64,000 nt of DNA from Raja brachyura (taxonomy: Eukaryota): positions 4,340,001 to 4,404,000 of the forward strand of contig OY740822.1 in NCBI GenBank assembly GCA_963514005.1. The letters are read 5' to 3'. The position numbers and the translations under genes are program-made. The notes under the pieces were generated by a model. That model was given only the letters and a program-made list of their open reading frames with translations. It was not told where the DNA came from and searched no databases. Positions 61,286 to 64,000 of this stretch are shown one piece after another; within the stretch, counting starts at the first letter, position 1, and every line of letters begins with the position of its first letter.

Positions 61286-61472
61286 NNNNNNNNNNNNNNN
61301 NNNNNNNNNNNNNNNNNNNNNNNNNNNNNNNNNNNNNNNNNNNNNNNNNNNNNNNNNNNNNNNNNNNNNNNNNNNNNNNNNNNNNNNNNNNNNNNNNNNN
61401 NNNNNNNNNNNNNNNNNNNNNNNNNNNNNNNNNNNNNNNNNNNNNNNNNNNNNNNNNNNNNNNNNNNNNNNN
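61286..61472. other. Assembly gap
   Basis: N run. Confidence 1.
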
Positions 61473-61619
61473 TGTCGCACTGTCATTCACCAGCACGCCA
61501 TTATCTTAAGTAATACACCCATTGTTTAAATAATTTGACCAAATAAACAGTGAAACGATCAACATTAAAATAAAACGTTATATAATCATTCATTTCCCCC
61601 AATTTATTTGTTTACATTA

Positions 61620-63255
61620 CATCTAATCTTCATCTGAATATTCTTCACCAGATTCCAAGTCTTTTGCAGTAATAGAGTTTCTGCAATCAACGCACTTACA
61701 TAAATCTGTAAATGCCACACCATTCCGTTGACATGACCATCTTCCTTTCCCTGTTCTTGATGTCTTACAGCTTGTTTTCTTGCATGAACAGTATGTTAAT
61801 TCTCGGAAGGTGCTTGGGGCTCGAGGCAGATCACCCCCAGTCAATCTCCCATTCACCACCTACAATTTTCAACCCATGTCCCCTTGGACCTGGGAATTTG
61901 TGGAAACTGTTCCAATCATTTTGAATGTACAACAGCCTGGTAAATTGTTCTCATGACATGCTTTCTGAGAGAGTCTGCTGTTGGTGGAAGACGTGCCTCT
62001 GATTTTATTAACATAAGGAACTGGTTGTATCTAGCTTCATCTACTGCGGTCAGGGTGCTCGACAGTTGCTTGGTTGTTGTCCAAGTGAAGCAGTCTCTTT
62101 AGGGCCGGCTCATCTGCTTCACCATCAGGAACTGCCTCTTGATGCTTTTCACATGCTTCAGGCTTTTCAGCGTCTTGAACTCAATTGAAAGAGGAAAAAG
62201 AAACCAGATAATAAATGAAAAGTAAAATAAATGAATATCCTCAAATATTTCGTTTCATTGTTCAAAGTAACATCATATGACCATAAATACAAATAATTGT
62301 TGTTTGAGTCCTATCATTACCGTTCTTCCTTCTAGTCTTTGCGACACCTTGATTTATTGTTATGTTGCAGAAATGACGATAACCCGGGATATACTGCTGC
62401 CTCCTAATAATAGACGATAAAATATGTCAGGGAGTATTTTACATCTTTTCATGTTTTATATTATGTAAGACAATATCAACATATCAATGGGGAAATTATG
62501 CAAGTACGCATGTCCAGATAGATATAATGGTAAGTCAGCAAATAATCAAATTAGTTTTCATTATGGCACAGTGCCTACAGTGCATGTCCACACAAAACAC
62601 TTTTGCGTGTGAATGTGCATGGGGTTCTGAAGAGTGGGGGGACAGAAGCTACAGATTAAAAACAACATCTCATGGTGCTTAGGTCTGCATGGACTTCAAT
62701 TCATAAATTGTCAACCTCTTCTTAATGTAAATCAGATTAAGTTACTAAGCTACTACCATAGTTCAAGTTCAAGTTCAGATGCACCAATTGATTTCAACGT
62801 AAACATCAACCATCTCTGATGATTTCTCACTGCGATGGAAGCCTATAAACTATAATCAATATTCCTCCGTTGTTCTCCCATGGTCGCGGCCTGGAAACGG
62901 CCACTATGGATGGCACGGTGTACAGCTTAACTTTCATTTCCAGTTGATTCACAATGTGTCAATCAGTAGTAGTACTCTCAGCAATGAGGTGTGCTCCCTG
63001 CCGAGCTAGCTGAAACAAAGCCTGTGATTGGCCTATTGGCATCTGACTCAATGTTAAACGTGCTATGATTGGACAAAAGCTACTCAGAGAATTTCAGGTT
63101 TTTCTCAAATCTATTAAAAATGTGCATGTTTTGATCTTGATGAGTTTCAAGGATGATTAGCAAAATATTGTTACACACTATGTTAAAATTTCATGTAGTT
63201 CCGTGAGTTGGGTCACAAACTTGCACAAAAAAGCTCCTCGTTCCGCACCCGAATA
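61620..63255 (-). mobile_element. DNA transposon remnant, Academ-like
   Basis: RLPPTADSLRKH..YQA..GW followed by Cys-rich CSCKK.SC..C..DLCKC.DCRN; terminus-like sequence near 63200-63255; family assignment from recall. Confidence 0.5.
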
Positions 63256-63570
63256 TTTTAAAGGAGGAGATTCAGAGATGCTTGATTAATACGAGTGTCA
63301 GGGGTTATGGGGAGAAGGCAGGAGAAGGTGGTTGAGAGGGAAAGATAGATCAGCCACTATTGAAAGGCGGAGTAGAATTGATGGGCCAAATTCCACTCCG
63401 ACAACTAATGGACTTATTGCAAACAATGACGAAGCCGAATACAAGATGAAGATGGAGGTAGCGTAGTGACAAGTGAACAACCTCTCACTCAAGATAGACA
63501 CAAAAAGCTGGAGTATCACAGCTGGTCATCTCTGGAGAAAAGGAGTAGGAGGTCGAGACCCATCTCCACC

Positions 63571-63855
63571 TGGTGTCCGCGAGGACCACTCACACCCCAT
63601 CTCCACAGCCACGCTCCCTGGTACCCGGGAGGACCAATCACACCTCCACCTCCACTCCCACCGTCGTGCCCCCTGGTGCCCAGGAGGACCAATCACACCT
63701 CTACACCACTCCCACCGCTGTGCCCGCTGGTGGATGAGACGATCCACAACATCCCTACACCAATCCCACCGCCGCGCCACCTGGCTGCGGGAGGAGCCAT
63801 CACACCCCTACACCACTCCCATTGCTGCGCCACCTGCCTCCGGGAGGACTCCTCA
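63571..63855. repeat. About 54-bp minisatellite (5-6 copies) between Penelope terminal remnants
   Basis: Units start at 63571, 63619, 63674, 63728, 63782 and 63835; core GGAGGACCAATCACACC..CCACTCCCAC. Confidence 0.8.
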
Positions 63856-63945
63856 TCCCTACCTGAGGAAAACTAAAAATCCACCACCACCACTTCGTCT
63901 CTGACCACACCACTACTGACCCCCAGTCTGACGATGGGTCTCCAC

Positions 63946-64000
63946 TAGGGTTGCCAATTTTTCACTCCCAAATAAGAGACAAAAGGTCAAAATACGGGAC
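63946..64000. mobile_element. Start of a hAT-like MITE (runs off the window)
   Basis: TAGGGTTGCCA terminus followed by an AAATACGGGAC subterminal motif. Confidence 0.55.

Overview
Eukaryotic vertebrate DNA, most likely a cartilaginous fish (skate/ray/shark). The taxon is inferred from CR1/HER1-type LINE tails shared with HE1-type SINEs, Penelope termini and GPR139-like receptor genes. The window is a transposon-saturated, segmentally duplicated tRNA cluster with two assembly gaps. tRNA genes: three tRNA-Val(AAC), four decayed tRNA-Val(TAC/CAC), two tRNA-Ser(AGA), and one tRNA-Pro(CGG) with a 16-nt intron at the canonical 37/38 site, which is atypical for vertebrates. Host coding sequence: a two-exon GPR139-like GPCR with a 1-bp frameshift, a second decayed GPR139-like remnant, and two copies of a CHST14-like 5' fragment carried in the repeat unit. 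Mobile elements include an intact full-length Rex1/Babar LINE (990-aa ORF) and a complete but decayed DIRS1 element containing a U6 retrocopy, whose empty site is also in the window. A young Gypsy element with apparently identical LTRs has an interior scrambled into long inverted repeats. Also present: Penelope termini with hammerhead ribozyme motifs, many CR1, L1 and L2 fragments, and Harbinger, Tc1, hAT, Helitron-like and Academ-like DNA elements. All calls were made by eye; no searches were run.
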